Shown piece by piece: positions 49,364 through 58,695 of a stretch of 64,000 nt of DNA. This DNA comes from Myxococcota bacterium. Lineage in GTDB: Bacteria; Myxococcota_A; Polyangia; Nannocystales; Nannocystaceae. The position numbers and the translations under genes were made by a program. Where the stretch lies: positions 64,001 through 128,000 of the forward strand of contig JBCCHT010000001.1 of the NCBI GenBank assembly GCA_039028615.1, given 5' to 3'. Positions within the stretch are counted from its first letter, which is position 1. Every line of letters begins with the position of its first letter. The notes below the pieces were generated by a model. It had not been told where the DNA came from, made no database searches, and was given only the letters and a program-made list of their open reading frames with translations.

Positions 49364-50680
49364 ATGTTCACGCTCCAGTCTCCCCTCACCCCCCTGTTCC
49401 CCTCCCTGCTGGGAGTCCTTGGGCTCCTCGCGGCCGGCTGCACCGACGACGTCGGTGACGACTCCACGACCGCGGCTCAAGACGGCGGCACCACACCGAG
49501 CAGCGTCGACGACTCGGCCTCCGAGACCGCGGCGGCCGAGACCGAGCAAGAGCCCAGCCCCTCCGGCTATGCGCTCGGCTCGGTCGTCATCTCCGACGCC
49601 GGCCGCACCACCTACGTCTCGTTCTTCGACGATCTGCAGGGTCACAAGGACAACGGCTCGGGCATCGAGGTACCCGGGAACGCGGAGTTCTTCGCGCAGG
49701 GGCGCTCGATCTACATCGGTCTCAACGAAGAGCCGACCTGGGTGAAGTACGACGTCGACGAGCAAGGGCGGTTCACCGAGAGCGGCCGCATGAGCTTCGC
49801 CTCCTTCGGCCTGGGCGCCATCGACTACGGCAACGCCTTCGTCGACGAGACCACCGCGGTCTCGATCTCCTCGACCGCACTGCTCGCCATCGTGTGGGAC
49901 CCCCAGACCATGACGATCACGGGCACGGTCGAGCTTCCCCACCTCGCTCGCGACGGTTTCCTGCTCGAGAACTGGACCACGAACGTCGGCCCGGACGGGC
50001 GCGTGTACATCCCCGCCCGCTGGGGCAACTGGGAGACCCCCGCGATCCACCCCCAGGTCATGACGACGATCTTCGACCCGCATGCGCTCGAGATCGTCGG
50101 CGTGGCCGAAGACGACCGCTGCGCGAGCGGGGGCCGGATCGTCTTCGACGCCGATGGCTACGGGTACGTCCTCGGCGACGGTCGAAACTACTCGATCCAG
50201 ATGATCGCCAACTCCATGGGCGCCCCCGCGCCCGAGAACTGCCTGCTGCGGATCCCCCCGGGCGGCACCGACTTCGAAGAGGGATTCCACGTCACGATTC
50301 CCAGCCTCACGGGCGGCCTCGAGGCGATCACCGAGCTCGAGACGGCGCAGCAGGGCTCGGGGGTCGGCTTCACCAAGATCTTCCACCCCGACATGCTCCC
50401 CGAGGGCGTCGAGCCGGTCGACTTTTCGTTCTGGGATCACAACGCGCACCAGCTGTGGCGGATCGAGCTCGGCGACGAGCCCCAGGCCGTGCCGGTCGTC
50501 GGTGCCCCCTTCTCGACCGTCGGGTTCGCGGGCGCCCCCATCGAGGGCACGCTCTACGTCGGCGAGAGCCTCGACGGCGGAGCGACCTCGGACGTGTACG
50601 CCGTCGATCCGGTCACGAACACGATGGAGGTGAGCTTCTCGATGGATGGCTATTTCTACGGAGTCTACGCGCTCGACTGA
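49364..50680 (+). CDS. MxcI-like iron-uptake lipoprotein
   Basis: LAAGC lipobox; GRTTYVS, GIEVPG, SFASFG, IVWDPQTMTITGTVELP, DDRCA, CLLRIPPG, resembling myxobacterial MxcI-type proteins. Confidence 0.65.
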   Translation: MFTLQSPLTPLFPSLLGVLGLLAAGCTDDVGDDSTTAAQDGGTTPSSVDDSASETAAAETEQEPSPSGYALGSVVISDAGRTTYVSFFDDLQGHKDNGSGIEVPGNAEFFAQGRSIYIGLNEEPTWVKYDVDEQGRFTESGRMSFASFGLGAIDYGNAFVDETTAVSISSTALLAIVWDPQTMTITGTVELPHLARDGFLLENWTTNVGPDGRVYIPARWGNWETPAIHPQVMTTIFDPHALEIVGVAEDDRCASGGRIVFDADGYGYVLGDGRNYSIQMIANSMGAPAPENCLLRIPPGGTDFEEGFHVTIPSLTGGLEAITELETAQQGSGVGFTKIFHPDMLPEGVEPVDFSFWDHNAHQLWRIELGDEPQAVPVVGAPFSTVGFAGAPIEGTLYVGESLDGGATSDVYAVDPVTNTMEVSFSMDGYFYGVYALD

Positions 50681-50719
50681 GACGCGGAGCACACGGCAGG
50701 TCTGGAAGGTACGGCTGCG

Positions 50720-52309
50720 ATGCACAGTCCCCAACACGTCCCGTCTTCCAAACCCGAGCCCACGGAGGCGGACGAACGTCCGGCCGTGCGCGAGGTCTTT
50801 GGTGATGCCCTGTGGACCGGCTGCGACGATGGCCTCGCCCGCCTCGCCCGCGAGCTGTCACCGAGCGAACTCGGCTCCTTCGCGCGTGAGCAGGGCGGCC
50901 CCTTGCCCGCGGGTACGGCCGAGCAGGTGCTCGAGGCGGCGATCGCCCAGCTGGGCCGCCGCGAGGTCCCCGAGATCGGCATGGGCGAGCGCGCCGCGCT
51001 TCAGCTGGTCAACGACGTGCTCGCCCGCTACGGCCTCGATCTGACGCACCCGGCCTCGATCGCCCATCTTCAGCCGCCATCGCTCGCCCTGGCCACCGCC
51101 GCCGACACCCTCGCGAGCGTGGTCAATGCCTCGGTCGATACCTTCGACTCGGGGCCCTCCGCGGTGGCCATCGAGCGCTGGGTGATCACGGCGCTGGCCG
51201 AGATGGCCGGCTTCGGTTCGAAGGCCGATGGGGTGATGACCCCGGGCGGCTCCGTCTCCAACCTCCTGGGGTTGCTGCTCGCGCGTGACTCGGCGGCGGC
51301 GCGCCAGGGGGTCGATGCTCGCCGGGCCGGCGTGGCCTCCATCCCCGATGCGGTCGTGCTCTGCTCCGAGCTGGCCCACTTCTCGGTGCATCGCGCCTGC
51401 TCGGCCCTCGGCCTGGGCGAGGACGCGGTGGTGACCGTCCCCTGTGACGACGCGCGACGCATGGACGCGGGAGCGCTCCAGCAGACGATGCGAGTCATCG
51501 AGCGCCGCAGCACCCCCGTCGCCATCGTGGCGACCGCAGGGACCACCGATTTCGGCTCCGTCGACCCCCTCCCCGAGCTGTCTGCGATCGCGCGACGACA
51601 CGGGGTCTGGCTGCATGTCGACGCCGCCTATGGCTTCGGCGCCCTGTTCTCCAACCGCCTCGCATCACGGGTCCAGGGCCTCGCCCTGGCCGACTCGGTG
51701 ACCCTCGATCTGCACAAGCTGGGCTGGCAGCCCGCCGCAGCCAGCGTGTTGCTGGTGGCCGAGCCGCGCTCGTTTGCGGCGGTCGAGCGCCACGTCGACT
51801 ACCTCAACCCGCGCGACGACGCCGAGGCTGGCTACGTGGGCCTGCTCGGCCGCAGCCTCCAGACGACGCGGCGCGCCGACGCGGTCAAGGTCGCGGCCAC
51901 CCTCCTGGGCTTCGGGCGCGCGCGCCTGGGGCGAATGGTCGACGCCTGCCACGACCTGGCTCGCCACGCGCAAGCGCGCATCGAGGCCGACGACGAGCTG
52001 GAGCTCGTCGCGGGTGCGGAGCTCACCACGGTGGTGTTCCGCCTCCGCCCGCCGTCGCTCGAGGACCGCCCATGGACCCCCGCCGACCTCGATGGTCTTC
52101 ACGCCGAAGTACGCCGTCGGCTGCTCGAGTCGGGCGATGCCGTCCTCGGGCGCACCACCGTCAACGACACGCACGGCGAGGCGAGGGTCTGCCTCAAGCT
52201 CACGCTGCTCAACCCTCGAACCCGCCCCTCCGACCTGGACCAGCTCCTCGATCGGGTCCTCGACACCGCCCGCGCTTGCGTGGCGTCGCGCTCGGAGCCA
52301 CGTCGATGA
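50720..52309 (+). CDS. desA: PLP-dependent amino acid decarboxylase (DesA-like)
   Basis: IAHLQPP, TPGGSVSNL, LAHFSV, ATAGTTDFGSVDPL, HVDAAYG, TLDLHKL (PLP Lys), SLQTTRRADAVK. Confidence 0.85.
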   Translation: MHSPQHVPSSKPEPTEADERPAVREVFGDALWTGCDDGLARLARELSPSELGSFAREQGGPLPAGTAEQVLEAAIAQLGRREVPEIGMGERAALQLVNDVLARYGLDLTHPASIAHLQPPSLALATAADTLASVVNASVDTFDSGPSAVAIERWVITALAEMAGFGSKADGVMTPGGSVSNLLGLLLARDSAAARQGVDARRAGVASIPDAVVLCSELAHFSVHRACSALGLGEDAVVTVPCDDARRMDAGALQQTMRVIERRSTPVAIVATAGTTDFGSVDPLPELSAIARRHGVWLHVDAAYGFGALFSNRLASRVQGLALADSVTLDLHKLGWQPAAASVLLVAEPRSFAAVERHVDYLNPRDDAEAGYVGLLGRSLQTTRRADAVKVAATLLGFGRARLGRMVDACHDLARHAQARIEADDELELVAGAELTTVVFRLRPPSLEDRPWTPADLDGLHAEVRRRLLESGDAVLGRTTVNDTHGEARVCLKLTLLNPRTRPSDLDQLLDRVLDTARACVASRSEPRR

Positions 52310-53637
52310 AGCCGCTGTCGTCCTCCCCCCGCCCGCTCGACGTCCTGGCGATCGGCTGCGGCCCGTTCAACCTGGGGCTGGCCGCGCTCGGCTCGGGTCT
52401 GCCGGGGCTCCGCATGGCGACCGTGGACGCGCGCGACGAGCTGCGATGGCACCCCGGCCTGATGATCGACGATGCGCGGCTGCAGGTGGGATTCCTCGCC
52501 GACCTCGTCTCGCTGGTCGACCCCACTCACCCGCTGTCCTTCCTCGCGTACCTGCGCGACGTCGACCGCATGTACCCGTTCTACGTGCGCGAGCGCTTCC
52601 ACATGACGCGCGAGGAGTACCAGGACTATCTGCGGTGGGCCGCCCGCCGCTTGCCCACCGTCCACTTCGGTCGCCGCGTCGAGCGAGTGGAGCGCTCCGA
52701 GGACGGGCAGGCGTTCCACGTCGACATCGCGTCCGTCGACGGTACGGAGCAGGTCTGCGCCCGACATCTGGTGCTGGGCATCGGCACCGAAGCATGGGCC
52801 CCCGACTGCGTGCGTGACCTCGACCCGAGCTACTGGCTGCACTCGGGTGACTACCTGCACCGCCGCGACGACATCGCACGCGCCCGCCGGGTGACGGTGG
52901 TGGGCTCGGGGCAGTCGGGCGCCGAGGTCGTGCTCGATCTGCTTCGCCACCGCGACGGGCCCCACGTCGGCGTCAGCTGGCTCACCCGCACCTGTGCCTT
53001 CGCTCCGCTCGACTACACCAAGCTCGTGCTCGAGATGACCACGCCGGAGTACGTCACGTACTTCCACGGGCTACCCCGCGCGACCCGTGACGCGCTGGTG
53101 GCCGGCCAGTGGCGGCACTACAAGGGCATCTCGAGCGAGACCCTCGAGGAGATCCACGACCTGCTCTACCGCGGTGCGGTTCGCCACGGGCACCCCGACG
53201 TGGAGCTGCGGCACGGCGTCGAGATCGAGGCCTGCGATCCCATCCCCGAGGGAATCCGCATGCGATGCCGCCACCGCGAGTCGGGACAGATCCTGTGCCA
53301 CGACACCGACTTGATCATCGCCGCCACCGGGTACCGCCCCCGCTCGCCGAGCTTCCTCGAGCCGGTCATGAACGAGCTGTCCCGGGACGAGCTCGGGCGC
53401 TTCGTGGTGGACATCGACCACGCGATCGTCGGCGATGGACCTCCTACCGGTCGGATCTTCGTCGCCAACGCCGACACCCACTCCCACGGGGTCGCTGCGC
53501 CCGATCTCGGGATCGGTGCCTACCGCAACGCACGAATCCTCAACGCGGTGATGGGTCGCGAGGTGCATCGGTTGCCGCGCCGTACCGCGTTCACCTCCTT
53601 CGACCCCTCGCTGGCTCCGCGACGAAAGGCTTCCTGA
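52306..53637 (+). CDS. desB: Lysine/diamine N-hydroxylase (DesB/AlcA/IucD family)
   Basis: IGCGPFNLGLA, WHPGLMI, FLADLVSLVDPT, VGSGQSGAE, LDYTKLVLEMTTPEY, AATGY, APDLG. ATG at 52306. Confidence 0.9.
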   Translation: MKPLSSSPRPLDVLAIGCGPFNLGLAALGSGLPGLRMATVDARDELRWHPGLMIDDARLQVGFLADLVSLVDPTHPLSFLAYLRDVDRMYPFYVRERFHMTREEYQDYLRWAARRLPTVHFGRRVERVERSEDGQAFHVDIASVDGTEQVCARHLVLGIGTEAWAPDCVRDLDPSYWLHSGDYLHRRDDIARARRVTVVGSGQSGAEVVLDLLRHRDGPHVGVSWLTRTCAFAPLDYTKLVLEMTTPEYVTYFHGLPRATRDALVAGQWRHYKGISSETLEEIHDLLYRGAVRHGHPDVELRHGVEIEACDPIPEGIRMRCRHRESGQILCHDTDLIIAATGYRPRSPSFLEPVMNELSRDELGRFVVDIDHAIVGDGPPTGRIFVANADTHSHGVAAPDLGIGAYRNARILNAVMGREVHRLPRRTAFTSFDPSLAPRRKAS

Positions 53638-53638
53638 C

Positions 53639-54838
53639 ATGCCGGGTCCGAGTGCCTCCATCCAGCGCGACCTCCTCATCGGGACCACCGCCGTGGCGGT
53701 GGTCACCGACGCCACGCTGCTGCCCTTCTTCCCCGACATGTTCCGGGAATCGTTCGGCGTCGACGATCCGCGGCACGTGGGGATGTACCTCGCGGCGACC
53801 TGCCTGACCGTGATGCTGGTCTTGCCCGTGTGGGCCCGCATCGAGCGACGATGGTCGACCTTGCGCTTGCTGACGGTAGGGCAAGCCGGAGCGGGGGCCC
53901 TGGCCCTGGCCAGCTTCGCCGCGTCGTCGGTCGAAGTGTTCTGGGCCTGCTCGCTGGCCATGGTCACGTTCAAGGCGAGCTACCTGCTCGTCTATCCCTA
54001 CGTGATGCGCCTCGAGGACGAGTCCAACCACGAGCGCACCATCGGGCTGCTGACGGTCATCGTGCACCTGGGCGCGATTGCGGGGGCCACCATCGGCGGC
54101 TGGGTCCTCGAGCACTACGCCCCACGAGCGGGCTACCTCGTGATGGCGGCCGGCGACTTCGCGATGATGTTCGTTTCGATGGGCCTCGTGCGCCGCGGAG
54201 CCACCGTGCCGCAGCGCGAAGCCAAGACCCACGGCGAGGAGCGCTTCGACCCTCGCGTGGTCGCGCGAGCGCTGGCCAAGCTGGGCGCGGTGATGGCCGT
54301 CTTCTACTTCGCGGTCTTCATGGTCCGCCCATTCTTCGTCGCCTACTGGTCCACGCTGTCGGAGTCCGGCGGCGAGCTCGTCGCGGGCTGGGTCTTCTCG
54401 ATCCCCGCCTGGGCCTCGCTGGCCGCGCTGGCGTTGGATCGACGCCGCCCTCCCCGCCCGCGGAGCCTGTGGGCCTACCTCCCTCTCATCGGTCTCGGCC
54501 TCGCGCTCCAGTGCGTCCCTCAGCCTGCGGTCATCATCATCGGCCGCTTCGTATTCGGCTGGGGGGTGTTCAGGGCCATGGTCAAGCTCGACCTTGCCTT
54601 ATTCGCCACCAGCCCGCCCTCCCGCTACGCGCGGGACTTCAGTCGGATGAACCTCTGTCAGCAGGGGGGCGTGCTGGTGGCGTTCTATGCCGCGGGAGCG
54701 GCCGTGGCCGAGGGCGGGCTGGTCTGGCCCTTCTTCGTGGCCATCGGCGCCATGCTGCTCGTCGCCCTGGCCCACTTGGCCGTCGGGGCGGCGTATCGAC
54801 CCAAGCCCGTCCAGTCCCCCGTGGAGGCGAGCGTATGA
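53639..54838 (+). CDS. MFS transporter (siderophore export)
   Basis: About 12 hydrophobic segments; LLPFFP, FKASYLLVYPY; embedded in the operon. Confidence 0.8.
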   Translation: MPGPSASIQRDLLIGTTAVAVVTDATLLPFFPDMFRESFGVDDPRHVGMYLAATCLTVMLVLPVWARIERRWSTLRLLTVGQAGAGALALASFAASSVEVFWACSLAMVTFKASYLLVYPYVMRLEDESNHERTIGLLTVIVHLGAIAGATIGGWVLEHYAPRAGYLVMAAGDFAMMFVSMGLVRRGATVPQREAKTHGEERFDPRVVARALAKLGAVMAVFYFAVFMVRPFFVAYWSTLSESGGELVAGWVFSIPAWASLAALALDRRRPPRPRSLWAYLPLIGLGLALQCVPQPAVIIIGRFVFGWGVFRAMVKLDLALFATSPPSRYARDFSRMNLCQQGGVLVAFYAAGAAVAEGGLVWPFFVAIGAMLLVALAHLAVGAAYRPKPVQSPVEASV

Positions 54839-55437
54839 GCACCTGGACCTATGCCATCGACGAGCCCGGCATCGGGCGACTCGCGATGCGTCCCCTCGCC
54901 CTCCCCGAAGACCTGCCCATCGTTCACGACTGGGTGCGACGCGACTACGCCCGCTTCTGGGGGCTCACACACTCCACCCTCGAAGAGGTCGCGCAGACCT
55001 ACCGCGCCATCACCAGCACCTCGAACGTCCATGTCTTCCTCGGACATCGCAACGGTGTGCCCGCGTTCTTGGTGGAGTGCTATCGCCCCTTCTCGAGCGA
55101 GCTGGCCGCGCTCTACGAGGCCAACCCGGGTGATCGAGGCATGCACGTGCTGCTCGCTCCTCCCCGGAACCCGGTGCACGGATTCTCTCGGGCAGTCTTT
55201 CGCCTGATCCTCGAGTATTCGTTCTCCGATCCGGACGCCGACCGCATGGTCGTCGAGCCCGACGTTCGCAACACCAAGATTCGCGCCCTCAACCGCGCCC
55301 ACGGTTTTCGCGAGGTCGGCACCATCGCGGTGCCCGTCACCGCCACCGCCCCCGGCAAGACCGCGATGTTGTCGCTGTGTACCCGGGGTGACTTCGAACG
55401 AGCATCGGCTGCACGAACGGAGCTGCGCAATGTTTGA
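54835..55437 (+). CDS. desC: Siderophore N-acyltransferase (DesC/AlcB, GNAT)
   Basis: HDWV..YARFWG, PAFLVECY, GDRGMHVLLAP, VVEPDVRNTKI. ATG at 54835. Confidence 0.88.
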   Translation: MSTWTYAIDEPGIGRLAMRPLALPEDLPIVHDWVRRDYARFWGLTHSTLEEVAQTYRAITSTSNVHVFLGHRNGVPAFLVECYRPFSSELAALYEANPGDRGMHVLLAPPRNPVHGFSRAVFRLILEYSFSDPDADRMVVEPDVRNTKIRALNRAHGFREVGTIAVPVTATAPGKTAMLSLCTRGDFERASAARTELRNV

Positions 55438-57241
55438 TCCCCCATCCCCCGAGCGTCACGGTGCCGAGCACCTCCAGCCCGGCACCTGGGTCCGCGTGAC
55501 CCGAGCCCATATCGCCAAGATGTTGGGAGAGTTCGCCCATGAGCGGCTGATCGAGCCCGTACCGGTCGGCACGGCCGGGACGACTCCCGAGAGCTACCTC
55601 GTCGATGCGGACGAGGGCGACGTCGTGTACCGCTTCACGGCCACCCGCTGGGCGCTCGATCACTGGCGTGTCGACCCCGATTCGATCGAGCGTCACCAAG
55701 GCGGTGAACCGACCCCGCTCGACTCGCCCGCGTTCGTGATGGACTTCCGGGCCTCGCTCGGCCTCGCCGAGGACGTGCTGGGGCCCTACCTGGAGGAGCT
55801 GTGCGCGGGCCTCTACGCGGACGCCTACAAGTGGGAATACCAGCGGGCCACCGCGGCCCAACTCGCGGGGGCGTCGTTCCAGGAGCTCGAGGCCGCGATG
55901 ACGGCGGGACACCCCTGCTTCGTCGCCAACGCCGGCCGGCTCGGATTCGACGTCCAGGACTACCGCGACTACGCCCCGGAAACCGGCGCACGACTACGCC
56001 TGGTATGGCTGGCCGCACGCCGCACCCGCGCGACCCTGTCGACGGTCTCGGGGCTCGACGAGGACGGCCTCTACGACCACGAGCTGGGGACGACGGCGCG
56101 ACGGCGACTCGAACGAGCCCTGCTCGACCGCGGCCTCGACCCTAGCGACTACCTGCTGTTCCCCGTTCACCCGTGGCAGTGGTGTAACCGCCTGTCGATC
56201 ACCCTCGCCGCCGAGATCGCCCGCCAGGACCTCGTATTCGTCGGCCAGAGCGAGGATCTGTACCAGCCCCAGCAGAGCATCCGCACGATGTTCAACGTGA
56301 GCGCCCCGCGACGGCACTACGTCAAGTCGGCGCTGAGCATCGTCAACCTGGGGTTCGTCCGCGGGCTCTCGCCCTACTACATGGAGGGGACCCCCGCCAT
56401 CAACCAGTGGGTCCACGAGCTGGTGAGCCGAGACATCACCCTGCAACGCTTCGGCTTCGGCGTCCTCCGAGAGCTCGCCGCAATCGGATACCGCGTACCG
56501 ACCCTGGAGCGGGCGCTCCCCCCGAGCAGTCATCACAACAAGATGCTCGCTTCGCTGTGGCGCGAGAGCCCCTTCGCCCGCATCGACGGCGAGGCTCGTC
56601 TGCTCACGATGGCGGCGCTGCTGCACGTCGACCGTGACGGGGACGCCCTGCTCCCGCACTTGATCGCGCGCTCGGGGCACGACGCCGAGACGTGGCTGCG
56701 GTCGTACCTGCGGGCCTACCTGAGCCCGCTGCTGCACTGCTTCTACGCCCACCGCCTGGTGTTCATGCCACACGGGGAGAACCTGATCCTGGTGCTCCAG
56801 GATGGCCTCCCCACCGGGGTTCTGCTCAAGGACATTGCCGAGGAAGTGGCGCTGCTCGGGAACGGTGATCACCTGCCTTCCGCGGTACGGCGCATCGCCA
56901 TCGAAGTCGACGAGTCGCTGCACTTGCTGTCGATCTTCACCGACGTGTTCGACTGCTTCTTCCGCTTCCTCGCGCCGCTGGCCGCCACCCACTGCGACGT
57001 GCCCCAAGGGCGCTTCTGGGGCCTGGTGGGGGCCACGGTTCGCGAGTACCAGACGCAGCACCCCGAGCACGCCGCGCGCTACGAGCAGTTCGACCTCTTC
57101 GCCCCCGCGTTCCGTCGCTCGTGCCTCAACCGGCTACAGCTTCGCAATGCCCAGCAGATGATCGACCTGGGCGATCCGGCGGCGAACCTCCAGTTCGAAG
57201 GCGAGCTGGTCAATCCCCTGGCGGGAACCAAGATCCGATGA
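55430..57241 (+). CDS. desD: IucA/IucC-family NIS siderophore synthetase (DesD/AlcC type), copy 2
   Basis: AKMLGEFAHE, MTAGHPCFVANAGRLGF, PVHPWQW, PQQSIRT, FMPHGEN, IFTDVFDCFFRFL, SCLNRLQLRN. Confidence 0.92.
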   Translation: MFDPPSPERHGAEHLQPGTWVRVTRAHIAKMLGEFAHERLIEPVPVGTAGTTPESYLVDADEGDVVYRFTATRWALDHWRVDPDSIERHQGGEPTPLDSPAFVMDFRASLGLAEDVLGPYLEELCAGLYADAYKWEYQRATAAQLAGASFQELEAAMTAGHPCFVANAGRLGFDVQDYRDYAPETGARLRLVWLAARRTRATLSTVSGLDEDGLYDHELGTTARRRLERALLDRGLDPSDYLLFPVHPWQWCNRLSITLAAEIARQDLVFVGQSEDLYQPQQSIRTMFNVSAPRRHYVKSALSIVNLGFVRGLSPYYMEGTPAINQWVHELVSRDITLQRFGFGVLRELAAIGYRVPTLERALPPSSHHNKMLASLWRESPFARIDGEARLLTMAALLHVDRDGDALLPHLIARSGHDAETWLRSYLRAYLSPLLHCFYAHRLVFMPHGENLILVLQDGLPTGVLLKDIAEEVALLGNGDHLPSAVRRIAIEVDESLHLLSIFTDVFDCFFRFLAPLAATHCDVPQGRFWGLVGATVREYQTQHPEHAARYEQFDLFAPAFRRSCLNRLQLRNAQQMIDLGDPAANLQFEGELVNPLAGTKIR

Positions 57242-58317
57242 GCCCCGCCGTCCCCAAGAAGCGGCGCCGGGTGGTCGCGATCGATATCGGTCGCGGCTCG
57301 GCCGTCATCGGCATGGCCATGGTCCATACCCTGTGGATGTACGGCGACATCGCCACGCAGCGGGACTCCTGGCTGGGCGTGCTGCTGCACCTGATGGGCA
57401 AGGCGACCACCCTGTTCCTTGTCGCGATGGGCTTTTCGTACATGCTCTCGCGGCGCCAGGATCTGGCCGGCTCCATTCGTCGCGGGCTGAGCATCTTGCT
57501 GCTCGGCTACGCGATGAACTTCCTCAAGTTCGTGGTGCCGATCGGGCTGGGCACGATGCCGGACGCGTTCATTGCCGCCTACGGCTGGTCGTCGCCCCTG
57601 TCCCCGGCTCAGTACCTGCACCTGGTGCTCACGGGGGACATCTTGCAGCTCGCCGGGCTCGCGCTGATCGGCATGGGCCTCGTCCGACGGTTCACCCCGA
57701 GCAAGCCGGCCCTGCTCGCCTGGGCCGCGTTCTTCGCCTGGGGCAGTCACCTGGTCCGCGGGCTTCGACTCGGCGTTCCGGGCGTGGACTACGGGCTCGA
57801 CCTGTTGTGGGGCACCGAGTTCAACGTGTACTTCCCTCTGTTCCCCTGGTTCGCACCGATCCTGACGGGGATGTTCTTCGGGGCGTGGTACCTCGAAGAC
57901 GGTCGCGACGACGATCGGCTCTTTCGCCGCATGCTGTGGCTGGGCTTGGCCCTGCTGCCCGCGGGCGTCGTGCTGTCGTTGCTCGACCCGACCACACATT
58001 TCGCCGACTTCTTCCATATGGGGGCGGGTGGCATGACCTACTTGGTGGGCCTCAACCTGGTGGCCGCCTGGGTCTTCCACCGCATCGATGCACCGCGCCG
58101 CCTGCCGCGTACCTTCGGGGTCATCCGCTACTTCAGCACGCGGGTCACCACCATGTACGTCGTGCAGTGGGTCACGATCTGCTGGGGCATGGGACTGGTC
58201 GGGTACCAGACCCTGGGCGTCGGCGGAGTCTTGGTTGCCATCGCCGCCGTGCTGCCGCTGACGGTCGTCATCGACCGGGGTCTCGATCGATGGATCGAGC
58301 GCCCCTCGAGGACCTGA
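57238..58317 (+). CDS. DUF1624/HGSNAT-like membrane acyltransferase-family protein
   Basis: RVVAIDIGRGSAVIGMAMVH, FLVAMGFS, DILQLAG, YFPLFPW; about 10 TM; ATGA overlap with desD. Confidence 0.75.
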   Translation: MSPAVPKKRRRVVAIDIGRGSAVIGMAMVHTLWMYGDIATQRDSWLGVLLHLMGKATTLFLVAMGFSYMLSRRQDLAGSIRRGLSILLLGYAMNFLKFVVPIGLGTMPDAFIAAYGWSSPLSPAQYLHLVLTGDILQLAGLALIGMGLVRRFTPSKPALLAWAAFFAWGSHLVRGLRLGVPGVDYGLDLLWGTEFNVYFPLFPWFAPILTGMFFGAWYLEDGRDDDRLFRRMLWLGLALLPAGVVLSLLDPTTHFADFFHMGAGGMTYLVGLNLVAAWVFHRIDAPRRLPRTFGVIRYFSTRVTTMYVVQWVTICWGMGLVGYQTLGVGGVLVAIAAVLPLTVVIDRGLDRWIERPSRT

Positions 58318-58361
58318 TCGACCTTCGCCGATGTTTGCGTCGTTCACCATCGCCCTCCCCT

Positions 58362-58398
58362 CGGGGCGGCCCCGGCGGGGAGAGCCGGGGCCGCCCCG
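58362..58398. repeat. Perfect 15-bp GC inverted repeat
   Basis: CGGGGCGGCCCCGGC-GGGGAGA-GCCGGGGCCGCCCCG, with no U-tract. Confidence 0.8.
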
Positions 58399-58419
58399 CG
58401 GGCCGACGACGAACCCGCC

Positions 58420-58695
58420 ATGAGCCGCCCCCGCTCCCTCGCACGCCAGGCCGTGTCCTGCCTGACCGTGTCGCTGTTGTTCGCCTTGGTGGTGGTCAGC
58501 GGCGCCACCCAGTACCTGCCCCCCGGTGCCGCGAACATCGACCACGTGGTCGTGCCGCTGGTGGCCTTCCCGCTCGTGTGGGTCGCGTTCGCGACCTACA
58601 CCTTCGGAGCCCGGGATCGACGCCGAGCGTGGCTGGTGGCAACCGCGATCACGATGGTCCACGCCGCCTTCATCGCTCATGGAGTCTCGTCATGA
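58420..58695 (+). CDS. Small 3-TM protein (DUF3649-like PepSY partner)
   Basis: 91 aa, hydrophobic, FPLVWV...RAWL; overlaps the PepSY gene start. Confidence 0.6.
   Translation: MSRPRSLARQAVSCLTVSLLFALVVVSGATQYLPPGAANIDHVVVPLVAFPLVWVAFATYTFGARDRRRAWLVATAITMVHAAFIAHGVSS

Noticed and set aside
53830..55437. MFS-acyltransferase fusion
   Set aside because: The MFS is in another frame and stops at 54838; DesC starts at ATG 54835.
46569..57241. Nannochelin or aerobactin-type (citrate) pathway, suggested by two NIS genes plus a methyltransferase
   Set aside because: Both synthetases look DesD/AlcC-like, with no citrate-activating IucA type, and a decarboxylase is present, which fits diamine-succinate hydroxamates better. 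Not fully excluded without a phylogeny.
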